DNA of 64,000 bases from Deinococcus sp. (GTDB lineage Bacteria; Deinococcota; Deinococci; Deinococcales; Deinococcaceae). This document shows, in pieces, positions 1 to 10,192 of the stretch. The stretch covers positions 288,001-352,000 of the forward strand of contig OZ253375.1 of NCBI GenBank assembly GCA_965261005.1, in the 5' to 3' direction. Each line of letters opens with the position of its first letter. The first letter of the stretch is position 1. The notes beneath the pieces were generated by a model. That model did no database searches. It was not told the DNA's origin and saw nothing but the letters and a program-made list of their open reading frames with translations. Position numbers and translations under genes: made by a program.

Positions 1-383
<383 letters not shown>

Positions 384-782
384 TCAGTCCCTCGTCTTCT
401 GTTCTGCGATGTACCGCTTGACCGTTTCGGCACTGACATTGCCCGCCGTCGAAACCCAGTACGAACGGGTCCACAGCGACGGGAGGGTGAGCAACTGCGG
501 GAACTCCTTGCGGAGCATCCGCGACGTGTAGCCCTTGAGCGCGTGCATCACCTGCGTTGGGGCGGTGTCCGGGTCCGGGGCGATGAACAGGTGGACGTGA
601 TCGGGCATGATTTCCAGCGCCACGATCTGCCATTCCAGTTCCGCGCACTTCTCTTCCAGCAACGCCTTCAACCGCTCGGCAACCGCGCCCACCAAGACCT
701 TCCGACGCCGCTTCGGGCACCAGACGAAGTGATACCGCAGCAGCGATACAGAGGTGTTGCGATGTTGATACGGCGATTCCAT
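384..782 (-). CDS. tnpA: IS200/IS605 Y1 (HUH) transposase
   Basis: YHFVWCPKRRRKVL, HUH motif DHVHLF, LWTRSYWVSTAG and catalytic YIAEQ. ATG at 782 preferred over the ORF start at 821. Confidence 0.95.
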   Translation of the reverse strand: MESPYQHRNTSVSLLRYHFVWCPKRRRKVLVGAVAERLKALLEEKCAELEWQIVALEIMPDHVHLFIAPDPDTAPTQVMHALKGYTSRMLRKEFPQLLTLPSLWTRSYWVSTAGNVSAETVKRYIAEQKTRD

Positions 783-871
783 AACCACATTGTAGCGGTG
801 AGGCGTGTTGATTGCAATCATGCGCCAACACAGGCGGCGCTTTCGATTTGGCGCTCAGCATCAGCACCGCC

Positions 872-1672
872 TCACTTCGTTCGGCCTGGCGTCGGGGCGC
901 CCCGAGCCGTTGGGGCTATCCATCCCAGGGCTAAAGCCGCTGGGCTTTCCGCCCCAGACCCCTTCTCTGTAAGGTCGCGCCCCAACCCCGCCAACAGCTT
1001 CGCCCGCGCCAGCACGGCCGCGAACATCTGCGGCGTGAGTCTCCCGGTCTGGGTGTTTTGCTGGGAGACGTGGTAGCTGCTGAGCAGCCAGGTGCCGTCC
1101 GGCAGGGCGTGCTCGGCGCCGTGGGCGAAGGGGTAGGCGCGCGGCCTCAGGTTCAGAAAGCGCAAAAAGGCTTCGTGCGCGATGCGGCCGAGGGCCAGCG
1201 TCACGCGGCGCTCAGCCAGCAAGTCCAACTCGGCCGAGAACCAGGCCGCGCAGGTCGCGAGTTCGGCGGGCAGCGGCTGGTTGGCCGGGGGGGCGCAGCG
1301 CACCGGCGCCGTGATCCGCACGCCGGAGAGCGCAAGCCCGTCGCCGCGCCGCCAACTCTCCGGCTGGCTGGCGAGGCCCGCCGCGTAGAGGGCGCCGTAC
1401 AGGAAGTCGCCGCTTTTGTCCCCGGTGAACATCCGCCCGGTGCGGTTGCCGCCGTGCGCGCTGGGCGCCAGGCCGACGATGACGAGGCTGGCCTGGGGAT
1501 CGCCGAAACCCGGCAGCGGCCTGCCCCAGTAGATCTCATGGCGGTAGGCCGCGCGCTTGACCAGGGCGGTCTCCTCGCGCCACGCGACCAGGCGCGGGCA
1601 TAGGGCGCAGCCCGTCACCTCGCGGTCGAGGTCGGCCAGATTCGTGAACGGGGCAGGCACTCCCGTGAACAT
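872..1672 (-). CDS. Uracil-DNA glycosylase (family 5/UdgB-like, Fe-S); C-terminus reads into the IS left end
   Basis: CALCPRL, GLAPSAHGGNRTGRMFTGD, VRCAPPAN and SYHVSQQNTQTGRLT motifs. Confidence 0.92.
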   Translation of the reverse strand: MFTGVPAPFTNLADLDREVTGCALCPRLVAWREETALVKRAAYRHEIYWGRPLPGFGDPQASLVIVGLAPSAHGGNRTGRMFTGDKSGDFLYGALYAAGLASQPESWRRGDGLALSGVRITAPVRCAPPANQPLPAELATCAAWFSAELDLLAERRVTLALGRIAHEAFLRFLNLRPRAYPFAHGAEHALPDGTWLLSSYHVSQQNTQTGRLTPQMFAAVLARAKLLAGLGRDLTEKGSGAESPAALALGWIAPTARGAPTPGRTK

Positions 1673-1765
1673 AGCAAAGGTTTTCGCCAGGCGCCCTGTC
1701 AGAAGCGGGAACGAGGGTCGCCATCAACCAAGGGGGCCAGGCGGCGCTCAAAAAGCTGTGAATAA

Positions 1766-1800
1766 GGGCGGGGAAGCTTGGCCTCCCCGCCCCCTTTTTT
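1766..1800. terminator. Intrinsic terminator-like hairpin
   Basis: GGGCGGGGAAGC-TTG-GCCTCCCCGCCC followed by a T run, downstream of 1817-2569. Confidence 0.55.
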
Positions 1801-1816
1801 CTCTTCTCTTTTTTTC

Positions 1817-2569
1817 TTATCTGCCGACGGCGTTCAGGGTGGCCGTCTTGGCGCCGCAGGTCACGCTCACCTTGTTGCCCACCGGCTCGGCCACCGTGCA
1901 GCCGAGGTTGCGCAGCATCACCACCGGCACGTACAGTTGCCCCCCCTGCGCGTAGGGCGCGCCCGGCAATTGCAGCGAGGTGCCGTTCAGGCGCGCCGCG
2001 CGGTTGCCGGCCGTCACGACCGCGCTTTGTCCCAGGCGCGTGAACGTGCCCACGGTGTCGGCCGCCTGCACGGTCAGCAAGCTCTTCAGGTCGCTGGCCG
2101 CCACAAAAGCGATCTTGGTTGAGGTGCTGCCGGCGACGCTGCTGGCCGGCGCGTCAATCACGGCCAAAACGCTGCCAGAGTTGGCCTGGGCCAGCAGGAC
2201 GTAGGTGATGTCCTCGCCGGACTTGAACAGCAAGGAGGCGTTCTTGCTGCCGGCGCGCGTCTTCCAGTCCTCGATCACCCGCTCGCCGAGCCTCGCCTTG
2301 ACCCGGGGCTTGAAGCCGTCTACCGTCCCGCTCGCGAACAGACACACCGCCTGGTCGGAGATGCGCAGGCCGCTGGGGCAGTTGATGACGCGCCCGCCGA
2401 TGGCGCTGCTCAGCTCGACGGCGGCGGCGGCGGCGGCCCCGGTCGGCACGGCGGTGCCGGGGGCTGCGGTGCTGGGCGCTGGGACCTGGGTCGTACCTTG
2501 GGCGGCGGCGGAAACGGCGAGGGCCAGCAGCCCCAAAGCGGCGGCGCGGCGAGCAATCGAGAACGGCAT
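1817..2569 (-). CDS. Exported protein with a C-terminal copper-amine-oxidase N-terminal-like (stalk) segment
   Basis: Signal peptide LLALAVSAAAQ; C-terminal LNGTSLQLPGAPYAQGGQLYVPVVML resembles the stalk domain. Confidence 0.6.
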   Translation of the reverse strand: MPFSIARRAAALGLLALAVSAAAQGTTQVPAPSTAAPGTAVPTGAAAAAAVELSSAIGGRVINCPSGLRISDQAVCLFASGTVDGFKPRVKARLGERVIEDWKTRAGSKNASLLFKSGEDITYVLLAQANSGSVLAVIDAPASSVAGSTSTKIAFVAASDLKSLLTVQAADTVGTFTRLGQSAVVTAGNRAARLNGTSLQLPGAPYAQGGQLYVPVVMLRNLGCTVAEPVGNKVSVTCGAKTATLNAVGR

Positions 2570-2665
2570 GGCGCCCATCTTACGCCAAAACCCATGAGGG
2601 CCTGCTCAGGATTGGCTGAGCCGGGGTGGAAGGATTTCAGCTCGGCGCCAGCTCTGCCATGCTGA

Positions 2666-2953
2666 GCGCATGTCGCTCTTCTGTGGTGGGCGCAGGACAT
2701 CCTGATTCGGCTCGCCCAGCTGAACGAGGGCGCCCTAAAGCACTGGCAAAGCGAGGAAAAGGGCTTGGAAGGGGAGGTCAGTTCGGCGGCCTACGCGCGC
2801 TACGCGGCCTGTACCGGCGGGCTGGACGATGTGGAGCGCTGCTACGTGAACGCCTGGGTCTGGGCGTTGGAGTTGGCGGGCCGTTTGGAACTGGACTGGC
2901 GCGCCCCCGTCGTCGCGGCGCTGGAGGCGCGCTTTCGGTCGCTTCTCGCTTGA
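2666..2953 (+). pseudogene. C-terminal remnant resembling lincosamide nucleotidyltransferase (LinB/LnuB-like)
   Basis: The frame of ORF 2765-2953 is open back to a stop at 2663: WAQDILIRLAQLNEGALKHWQSEEKGLEGEVSSAAYARYAACTGGLD. No N-terminal catalytic domain. Confidence 0.45.
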
Positions 2954-2960
2954 CGGCTGC

Positions 2961-3058
2961 TATACTTTTCATATGTTCGCCCTCCGCTGTCGCACCCCCT
3001 AGCGGAGGCCGTGTTTCGCCGCCGCGTGAGCCTTTTCGCTTGCGCGGCCTTTTCTTTT
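2961..3058 (+). promoter_or_regulatory. cysS leader: -10 box, leaderless peptide MFALRCRTP and attenuator hairpins
   Basis: TATACT 2961-2966; ATG 2973 to TAG 3002; stems 2981-2988/3001-3008, 3002-3009/3018-3025 and 3021-3031/3038-3048, then a U tract. Confidence 0.65.
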
Positions 3059-3099
3059 AGAGACACTTCTTTTGGAGCCACCTTGTTTTGGGAGACCCT

Positions 3100-4542
<1,443 letters not shown>

Positions 4543-4546
4543 AGCT

Positions 4547-5449
4547 TCAGGAAGCTGCCGCCCGCAGGTAGTGTGCCCAATAGCCTTGCCACGGCCCATA
4601 GCGTTCCGCGACCGCACGCAGTTCCTCGAAGCTGATGTCGCCGTACACGCCTTCGGCGGCCCGCAGCAGCTCGCGGGCGAAGACGCCGTCCCCGTCGCTT
4701 GGAAAGGTGCGCTCCATGCGGCCCAGGCCGCGCAGCAGCACAAAGGCCGCCGACCATTCCCCCACGCCGCGAATCCCGAGCAGCCACGCTTTCACCTCGT
4801 CATACGGCGCGTCGCGCAGCCAGCCCTCGTTCACCTCCTGGAAGGCGCGCACGACCGCTGCCAGATACTCGCCCTTGCGGGCGTTGCCCAGCAGCTCACC
4901 TAACTTGCCCACGTCTCCGAAGTCCGCCGGCTCGGGAAAGGCCCATAGCACCCCTCGTGGTGTTTGGACCGAGCCGCCGAAGGTCTCGGTCAGGCGCCGC
5001 TTGAGCTGCCGTGCGGCGGCCGGGGGCGCGCGCTGGGTCAGCACCGCCCAACAAGCGTTCTCGAAGGGGGTGGGAAACTTCACCTGGTGGTAGCCGTACA
5101 GCTTCCGCACGACCCGTTCAAAGGGCGGGTCCCCTTCGGCCAACGTGTAAAACGGCCGCAGATCGTCGTCGAGGCTCAGGAAGAAGCGCGTCCGGTCGAG
5201 CGCGGCCTGCTCGGTGTCAGGTGTCAGGGCGGACTCAGCGTGCAGGTCGCAGGTCAGCTCGGGCCGCTCCGGCGTGCCGCCCGGGCGCAGCGTGAGCGCG
5301 ACGGTGGCGCCCGACACCCGCACGGCCCTCGTCAGGGTCTGGCCCAATACGCCTTGCTCGCCTTGCAGGGGCGTGAAGTTCCCGACGAAGTTCAGGCTCC
5401 GGGCGAAGTCGAAGGGCGGTGTGGGAAAGAGGCGCTGCTGGGTCGCCAT
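4547..5449 (-). CDS. DNA-3-methyladenine glycosylase II (AlkA family)
   Basis: PFENACWAVLTQ, FPEP and helix-hairpin-helix LLGIRGVGEWSA; YGPWQGYWAHYL. Confidence 0.88.
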   Translation of the reverse strand: MATQQRLFPTPPFDFARSLNFVGNFTPLQGEQGVLGQTLTRAVRVSGATVALTLRPGGTPERPELTCDLHAESALTPDTEQAALDRTRFFLSLDDDLRPFYTLAEGDPPFERVVRKLYGYHQVKFPTPFENACWAVLTQRAPPAAARQLKRRLTETFGGSVQTPRGVLWAFPEPADFGDVGKLGELLGNARKGEYLAAVVRAFQEVNEGWLRDAPYDEVKAWLLGIRGVGEWSAAFVLLRGLGRMERTFPSDGDGVFARELLRAAEGVYGDISFEELRAVAERYGPWQGYWAHYLRAAAS

Positions 5450-5450
5450 T

Positions 5451-5810
5451 TCAAACCTCATAAAAGGTCAATTGGTAGCCGTCCGGGTCGCGCAGCGTGA
5501 ACATGCGCCCGAAGGGGCCGGGCGCCGGCGGTGAGATGACCTGGGCGCCGCCCGCCGCCATGCGCGCGTGCGCGGCGTCCGCGTCCGGGACGGCGAACCA
5601 CAGCCCCACGCCGACGCCGAGATGCTGACTGGTGTCGGTCTGCGCGAAGGGTTCGCGAATGGCGAAGACGGCCCCCGCCCCCTCCCGAAAGACGGCGGCG
5701 CCCGGACGCCCCGGGGCGGCTACCTCCCAACCGATCACGTCCGTATAGAACTTCCTCGAAGCCTCCAGATCCCGCACCTGCACCGAAGCGAACCCCAAGT
5801 TGGTCTGCAT
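5451..5810 (-). CDS. VOC/glyoxalase-bleomycin resistance family protein
   Basis: MQTNLGFASVQVRDLEASRKFYTDVIG...GPFGRMFTLRDPDGYQL; GGAGG RBS upstream of ATG 5810. Confidence 0.9.
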   Translation of the reverse strand: MQTNLGFASVQVRDLEASRKFYTDVIGWEVAAPGRPGAAVFREGAGAVFAIREPFAQTDTSQHLGVGVGLWFAVPDADAAHARMAAGGAQVISPPAPGPFGRMFTLRDPDGYQLTFYEV

Positions 5811-5846
5811 CCCGTTGACCTCCGACCTCAGTCTGAGCGCGGCGAG

Positions 5847-5862
5847 TGACAGCGTCCTGTCA
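5847..5862. promoter_or_regulatory. Palindromic operator TGACAG-N4-CTGTCA (candidate WYL regulator site)
   Basis: Perfect 6-bp inverted repeat overlapping the WYL gene stop, 11 nt from a CAGACT -10-like box for the VOC gene. Confidence 0.6.
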
Positions 5863-6798
5863 GCAGCCCTCGGAATGGCGCGCGAGCAGGGCCGCCGCCT
5901 CGGCGCGCAGCCGCGTTCGCAACTCCGGCGGCTCCAGCACCCGCACGGCGCCGCCCCAGGAGAGCAGCCACGGCAGCGCGTCCAACACCGTGCGAACGCG
6001 CAGGGTGACCAGCAAGCCCTCCGGCGTGTCCCGCCGGTCCGCCGTGAAGAAGGAAGGTCGCTGCCGAACTTGGCGCGCCACCTGAGTGTCAAACAGCGCC
6101 CGCACGGTCAGGTGACGTTCCTCGCGCGCCTCGTCGCGTGCCAGCTTGAAGCTGGGCTGGCGCACGAACGTCTCGCCGGTGGGGCGCAGCCCCTCCATCC
6201 GGTCCAGCCGGAAAGTGCGGAAGTCCCCGCGCGCCGGGTCAAAGGCGGCCAGCAGCCAAGTGGTGTTCAGACGAAACAGCCCGTGCGGCTCCACCCAGCG
6301 CGTCTCGGCGCCGCCGGCATCCCTCTTGTGGTACTCGAACGCGACGGCGCGCCGCCCGGCGATGGCCGCGCGCAAGGCGCGCAGGTGGGCGGGCGGCGCC
6401 GTTTCCGAACCGGTCTGCACCAGCTTGAGGGTGTCCCGCAAAAAAGCGACCTCGTCCTGCGTCCCCCGGTCCAGCACCGCGCCGATCTTGCGCGCGGCCT
6501 GACCCGCCGCTTCCGCCAACTCCGCGTCGAGGGCGCGCGCCACAAGGTCGCCGCCCAGCAGCAGCGTCACTGCTTCCTGAGCGCTGAAGCGCAGCGGCGG
6601 CAAAAAATAGCCGTCCATCAGGCTGTAGCCGTGTCCGGGCACGCTGACGATGGGCACGCCCGCCCCGTTGAGCGCCAGCACGTCGCGGTAGATGGTGCGC
6701 TTGGAGACTTCAAACTGCCGCGCCAAGTCCTCGGCGCGCGCCCGGCCCCGCCCTTGCAGTTCGAGGACGATGGCGAGCAGGCGGTCGGTGCGGTTCAC
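5860..6798 (-). CDS. HTH-WYL-WCX transcriptional regulator (YafY/PafC/DriD-like)
   Basis: MNRTDRLLAIVLEL...FEVSKRTIYRD HTH; WLLAAFDPARGDFRTFRLDRM WYL domain; WLLSWGGAVRVLEPPELR WCX domain. Confidence 0.95.
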   Translation of the reverse strand: MNRTDRLLAIVLELQGRGRARAEDLARQFEVSKRTIYRDVLALNGAGVPIVSVPGHGYSLMDGYFLPPLRFSAQEAVTLLLGGDLVARALDAELAEAAGQAARKIGAVLDRGTQDEVAFLRDTLKLVQTGSETAPPAHLRALRAAIAGRRAVAFEYHKRDAGGAETRWVEPHGLFRLNTTWLLAAFDPARGDFRTFRLDRMEGLRPTGETFVRQPSFKLARDEAREERHLTVRALFDTQVARQVRQRPSFFTADRRDTPEGLLVTLRVRTVLDALPWLLSWGGAVRVLEPPELRTRLRAEAAALLARHSEGC

Positions 6799-6808
6799 GT
6801 GCCCCGCT

Positions 6809-7276
6809 TCAGCCGCTGCCGGGAAAGACCGTCACGTAGGCCGCCATGTAGGCGACGCCGTACAGAAACAGCGTGATCACCGGCATCAGGCGCAGCACCC
6901 TGTTCGGCGCGCCGAAGCGGCCCGCCAACAGCAATTCCGCCGCCACCAAGCTCACGATCACGAAAAAGGCGTACATCAGGTGTTCCCACTGCCGCGCCGG
7001 GTAGGGGGCGTAGTTGTAGATGGTGAGCTGGCTGCCGGGGGCGGCCACGGCGCTGGGCACCTGGCCGCCTGAGAGCAGCAGGATCAGTCCCGTGACGGTG
7101 TTGAGCGCCAGCCAGCCCCAAGTCAGGCGCACAAAGACGTGAAAGGTCGGGATGGGCCGCGGCCGGACCAAAAAGATCAGGCTCCACACAAAGAGGATCA
7201 GCGTGAGCAGGGTGGTGACCGTCGGCGCCAGCGGAATGGGCAGCGAGGCGGCGTGCAGGTACCTGAGCGCGTTCAT
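6809..7276 (-). CDS. Four-TM membrane protein of unknown function
   Basis: Four hydrophobic segments and a WEHLMY motif; TAGCGT box 6 nt before the ATG. Confidence 0.75.
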   Translation of the reverse strand: MNALRYLHAASLPIPLAPTVTTLLTLILFVWSLIFLVRPRPIPTFHVFVRLTWGWLALNTVTGLILLLSGGQVPSAVAAPGSQLTIYNYAPYPARQWEHLMYAFFVIVSLVAAELLLAGRFGAPNRVLRLMPVITLFLYGVAYMAAYVTVFPGSG

Positions 7277-7305
7277 GCGCCCACGCTAAAGCATTTGCCC
7301 TCGGC

Positions 7306-9375
7306 TCAGCGCGCCACGCCGCGCCGAAAGCGCTCCAGCGACGCCTTGTCCTGAATCAGCAGCAGGTAGTCGCCGCCCGCCGCGCTCAGGGCCAGCATCA
7401 CCGACAGGGGCAGCGCCTCGCCCGCCGTCCAGGCCCGGCTGATGTGCGTCAACCGCAGCTCCGGCGGCAAGGCCAGCAGCCGCAACACGCCCGGCTCGCG
7501 CCTCACGCTCAGGCCGTTCAGGCCCGGCACGCCGAAGATGGCCCCCAAGTCCGCCTGTCCCAGCGGCAACTCGCGCTCGTCACGCCCGTTCGGCCCGCCC
7601 ACCCCCGGCCCGCTCAACGTAACCAGGACGTCAATCGGGGGCGCCTGGGGTTCCTCCACGCGCGGCGCAATGACGATCTCGGGCGGCGGCTCGACCAAAG
7701 CGTAGCGCTGGTTCACGCTCAGGGTGCCGCCCGGCGTCATCAGGTCGCCGGCGTGTTCCAGGCGCACGCGCGCGGGCTGGGCGTTCAGGCGGGTGACGCG
7801 CCAAGTGAGTTCGCGCAGCGACTCGGGGTCGCGCTCCTTGTCCCGGGGCGGGCGGTAGCGCTCCAGCACGAGGCCCGACAGGGCCGGCGCGCGAAACAGC
7901 TTGCCCACGTCCAGCCGCCGCCCGCGCATCAGGTTGCTGGCCTTGGTGTCGCCGTCGCCGTGCAGGTGGACGCGGAAGTGGTCCACCGACAGGGCCAGCG
8001 GCGCGAAGGTCGCCCTGGCCGGCCGCGGGCGGCGCAGCCACAGCGCGAGGAGCAGCAGCGCGATTAAAAGGCCCGGCAGCGCCCACACCCACCACCCCAG
8101 CGGCGCCTTTCCGAGGCCCCGAATGGCCGGCAGCGCCACCGGCGTGCCGTCGCCGAGCTGCAAGGACGGCAGGCTCTTGGCGCCGGGGGGCAGCGTCAGG
8201 TTGGTCACGCTGACGGGGACCACCTGGCCCTTCTTGAGGGTCAGCTGCGGGCTGTTGTCCGGCAAGGCCACCCGGACGCTCTCCTCCGCGTCGCCGAGCT
8301 GCACGGTCAGCGGCGCGCTGGCGCGGTAGCGAAAGGTCAGCTGTTCGTCCGGGCGCAACGGGCGGTTGTCCTGCGGGTTCAGCAGTGCCAGCAAAACGGG
8401 TGGCTTCAAAATGGGGGGGAGGATCTGCCCCACGCCGCCCACGCCGCCCACGCCGGCCGCCCCTGGAAAGCGCAGCAGCACGTTTTGCCGCAGCCGCGAG
8501 GTCTGCACGCACAGCAGCGCCTCGCTGCCGGCCTGGACCTTTCCCTTCAGCTCAAGCCGTCCGGGCGCGGCGCCCAGCGCGACCGGACCGCCGCGCACGC
8601 CCGAGGTGTCGAGCTTGAGGGCGGCGCCCCTCGGCGCGGCCAACGGAAAGCGCCCGGCCGCGTCCACGTCCACCAAGGCCGGCGCGTAGGTGAGCGCGTT
8701 CAGGTTGGGCGCGCTGCCCACCGGCACCTCGACGGCCCGCGCAAAGCTCAGCCCCGCGAACCGCGCCTTGACGTTTTGCGGAATGGTCGCGCCCAGGGCG
8801 ATGTAGTAGAGCTTGTCAAAGGGGCCACGGCTCTTTTCAAAGGCGTTCAGGGCGGTGGTGATGGTGTACCCCCGGTCGGGGTCGTTGTTCTGGCCGTCGG
8901 TGATCACGTAGGCGGTGGTCGCCGCGTCCGGCCGCCTCGGCAAGCGCGCAAACACGCTCGTCATCGAGCGGTACAGGTAGGTGTTGGCACCGTTCGCCTG
9001 AAACGCGTTCAGCGTGCGGGCGGCGGCGGCGCGATTCTGCGGCCAGTCGAAGCGGGCGCGCTCCTTGGGGCCGGCGTCAAAGGTGGTGAGTTCGACGCTG
9101 CCGGCCGTCTTGGTGTTGTCCAGCAGTTCCTTGAGCCGTTCACGCATCGGCCCGAAAATCTTCGCCCGGCCGTCGCCCCGCCCCTCCATCGAACCCGAGG
9201 TGTCGAGCAGGACCACCACCCGAACCTGCGAGGGGAGCGTGGCGACCGGCAGGGTGCATTGGCCTTGGGCGGACTGGCCCTGGGTAGACTGGTCCTGTGT
9301 GGATTGAGCCTGGGCGGCGGTGGCGGAAACGAGCGCCGCGCCGGCGAGGAGGACGAGATGACGTGCGAAATTCAT
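7306..9375 (-). CDS. Membrane-anchored von Willebrand factor A domain protein
   Basis: Signal peptide, MIDAS VVVLLDTSGSM, YVITDGQN, TM WWVWALPGLLIALLLLALWL and a long C-terminal tail. Confidence 0.85.
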   Translation of the reverse strand: MNFARHLVLLAGAALVSATAAQAQSTQDQSTQGQSAQGQCTLPVATLPSQVRVVVLLDTSGSMEGRGDGRAKIFGPMRERLKELLDNTKTAGSVELTTFDAGPKERARFDWPQNRAAAARTLNAFQANGANTYLYRSMTSVFARLPRRPDAATTAYVITDGQNNDPDRGYTITTALNAFEKSRGPFDKLYYIALGATIPQNVKARFAGLSFARAVEVPVGSAPNLNALTYAPALVDVDAAGRFPLAAPRGAALKLDTSGVRGGPVALGAAPGRLELKGKVQAGSEALLCVQTSRLRQNVLLRFPGAAGVGGVGGVGQILPPILKPPVLLALLNPQDNRPLRPDEQLTFRYRASAPLTVQLGDAEESVRVALPDNSPQLTLKKGQVVPVSVTNLTLPPGAKSLPSLQLGDGTPVALPAIRGLGKAPLGWWVWALPGLLIALLLLALWLRRPRPARATFAPLALSVDHFRVHLHGDGDTKASNLMRGRRLDVGKLFRAPALSGLVLERYRPPRDKERDPESLRELTWRVTRLNAQPARVRLEHAGDLMTPGGTLSVNQRYALVEPPPEIVIAPRVEEPQAPPIDVLVTLSGPGVGGPNGRDERELPLGQADLGAIFGVPGLNGLSVRREPGVLRLLALPPELRLTHISRAWTAGEALPLSVMLALSAAGGDYLLLIQDKASLERFRRGVAR

Positions 9376-9419
9376 ACGCTAGACCTAGTGTAGGGGTTGG
9401 TAAACGGGTGAAGGTCGTC

Positions 9420-9827
9420 CTATTGGGGCGGCGGCGCGCCTTGAAAACGCTCGGTAGCCAAATTTTCCAATTCTTGGGCGCGTCGCTGCGTCAAGTCTAT
9501 GTGGCAAGTGCCCGCATTGATCGGCGCAAACGACCCCCCCTTGAATACCAAGGCTTCGTTTTCGCACTGGGCGTCCCGGTACAAAAGCCAGGCACGCTCC
9601 GTCTTCCTCACCTGCGCAGAAAATTCGGAGTCGCCCGCTTGTTTCAGGCGTGACATCAACGTGTCGTATGCCTTTTGTAGACGCGCTTCAGCAACTTTGC
9701 GTTGGACGGTGAGACAGGTATTTTGCTCTCTGGTGGTATCCAGCCCCAGGCACTGCTGTAGCGCTTGGAGCGGAGAATCGTTTGATGGTGAAGCGCCGAC
9801 GAATAAGAGGGCGAGCAGGACAAGCAT
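9420..9827 (-). CDS. Lysozyme inhibitor LprI family (DUF1311) exported protein
   Basis: Signal-like N-terminus; C-x9-C, ERAWLLYRDAQC, GGSFAP and C-x6-RAQEL patterns. Confidence 0.85.
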   Translation of the reverse strand: MLVLLALLFVGASPSNDSPLQALQQCLGLDTTREQNTCLTVQRKVAEARLQKAYDTLMSRLKQAGDSEFSAQVRKTERAWLLYRDAQCENEALVFKGGSFAPINAGTCHIDLTQRRAQELENLATERFQGAPPPQ

Positions 9828-9871
9828 CCGGCCTCACTTTCTGTAGGGATTGGCGAAGTACGCCGTCCCGG

Positions 9872-10192
9872 TCAGCAGATGTGCTTCATATGTACTGTGA
9901 TAATACTCGGCACGTCGAATGCCTCTGCATCCTGTCCTTTAATTTTGCGTGCATATCTATCCCACTCCGTCTGCTCCAGGAAGCAATGTACCCTCCACCT
10001 GGCGTCGTCTATCATCCACGGATAGTCTTCTTCAGGTATTTCCTCGTAGGATTGAAGTACAGGGAAAGCATATTGCTCGATCAAAGCGTCTGTCACCTCT
10101 TCCTTGCTATTAAGGTGCTTGTAGAGTTCGACTAATACGTGAGCCGTTACGGTTGCTCCGTACGTTTGAATGTGGAAATCCGGCTCACGCAT
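9872..10192 (-). CDS. Putative immunity protein, allele 3
   Basis: Close paralogue of 15373-15693; TAATG coupling to the upstream toxin tip; AT-richer than flanks. Confidence 0.8.
   Translation of the reverse strand: MREPDFHIQTYGATVTAHVLVELYKHLNSKEEVTDALIEQYAFPVLQSYEEIPEEDYPWMIDDARWRVHCFLEQTEWDRYARKIKGQDAEAFDVPSIITVHMKHIC

Noticed and set aside
2954..3099. T-box riboswitch upstream of cysS
   Set aside because: The leader is too short and lacks the UGGNACC T-box motif; a leader-peptide model fits better.
8429..8455. 9-bp triple repeat (GVG x3) in the vWA gene
   Set aside because: In-frame linker repeat; cannot cause phase variation.
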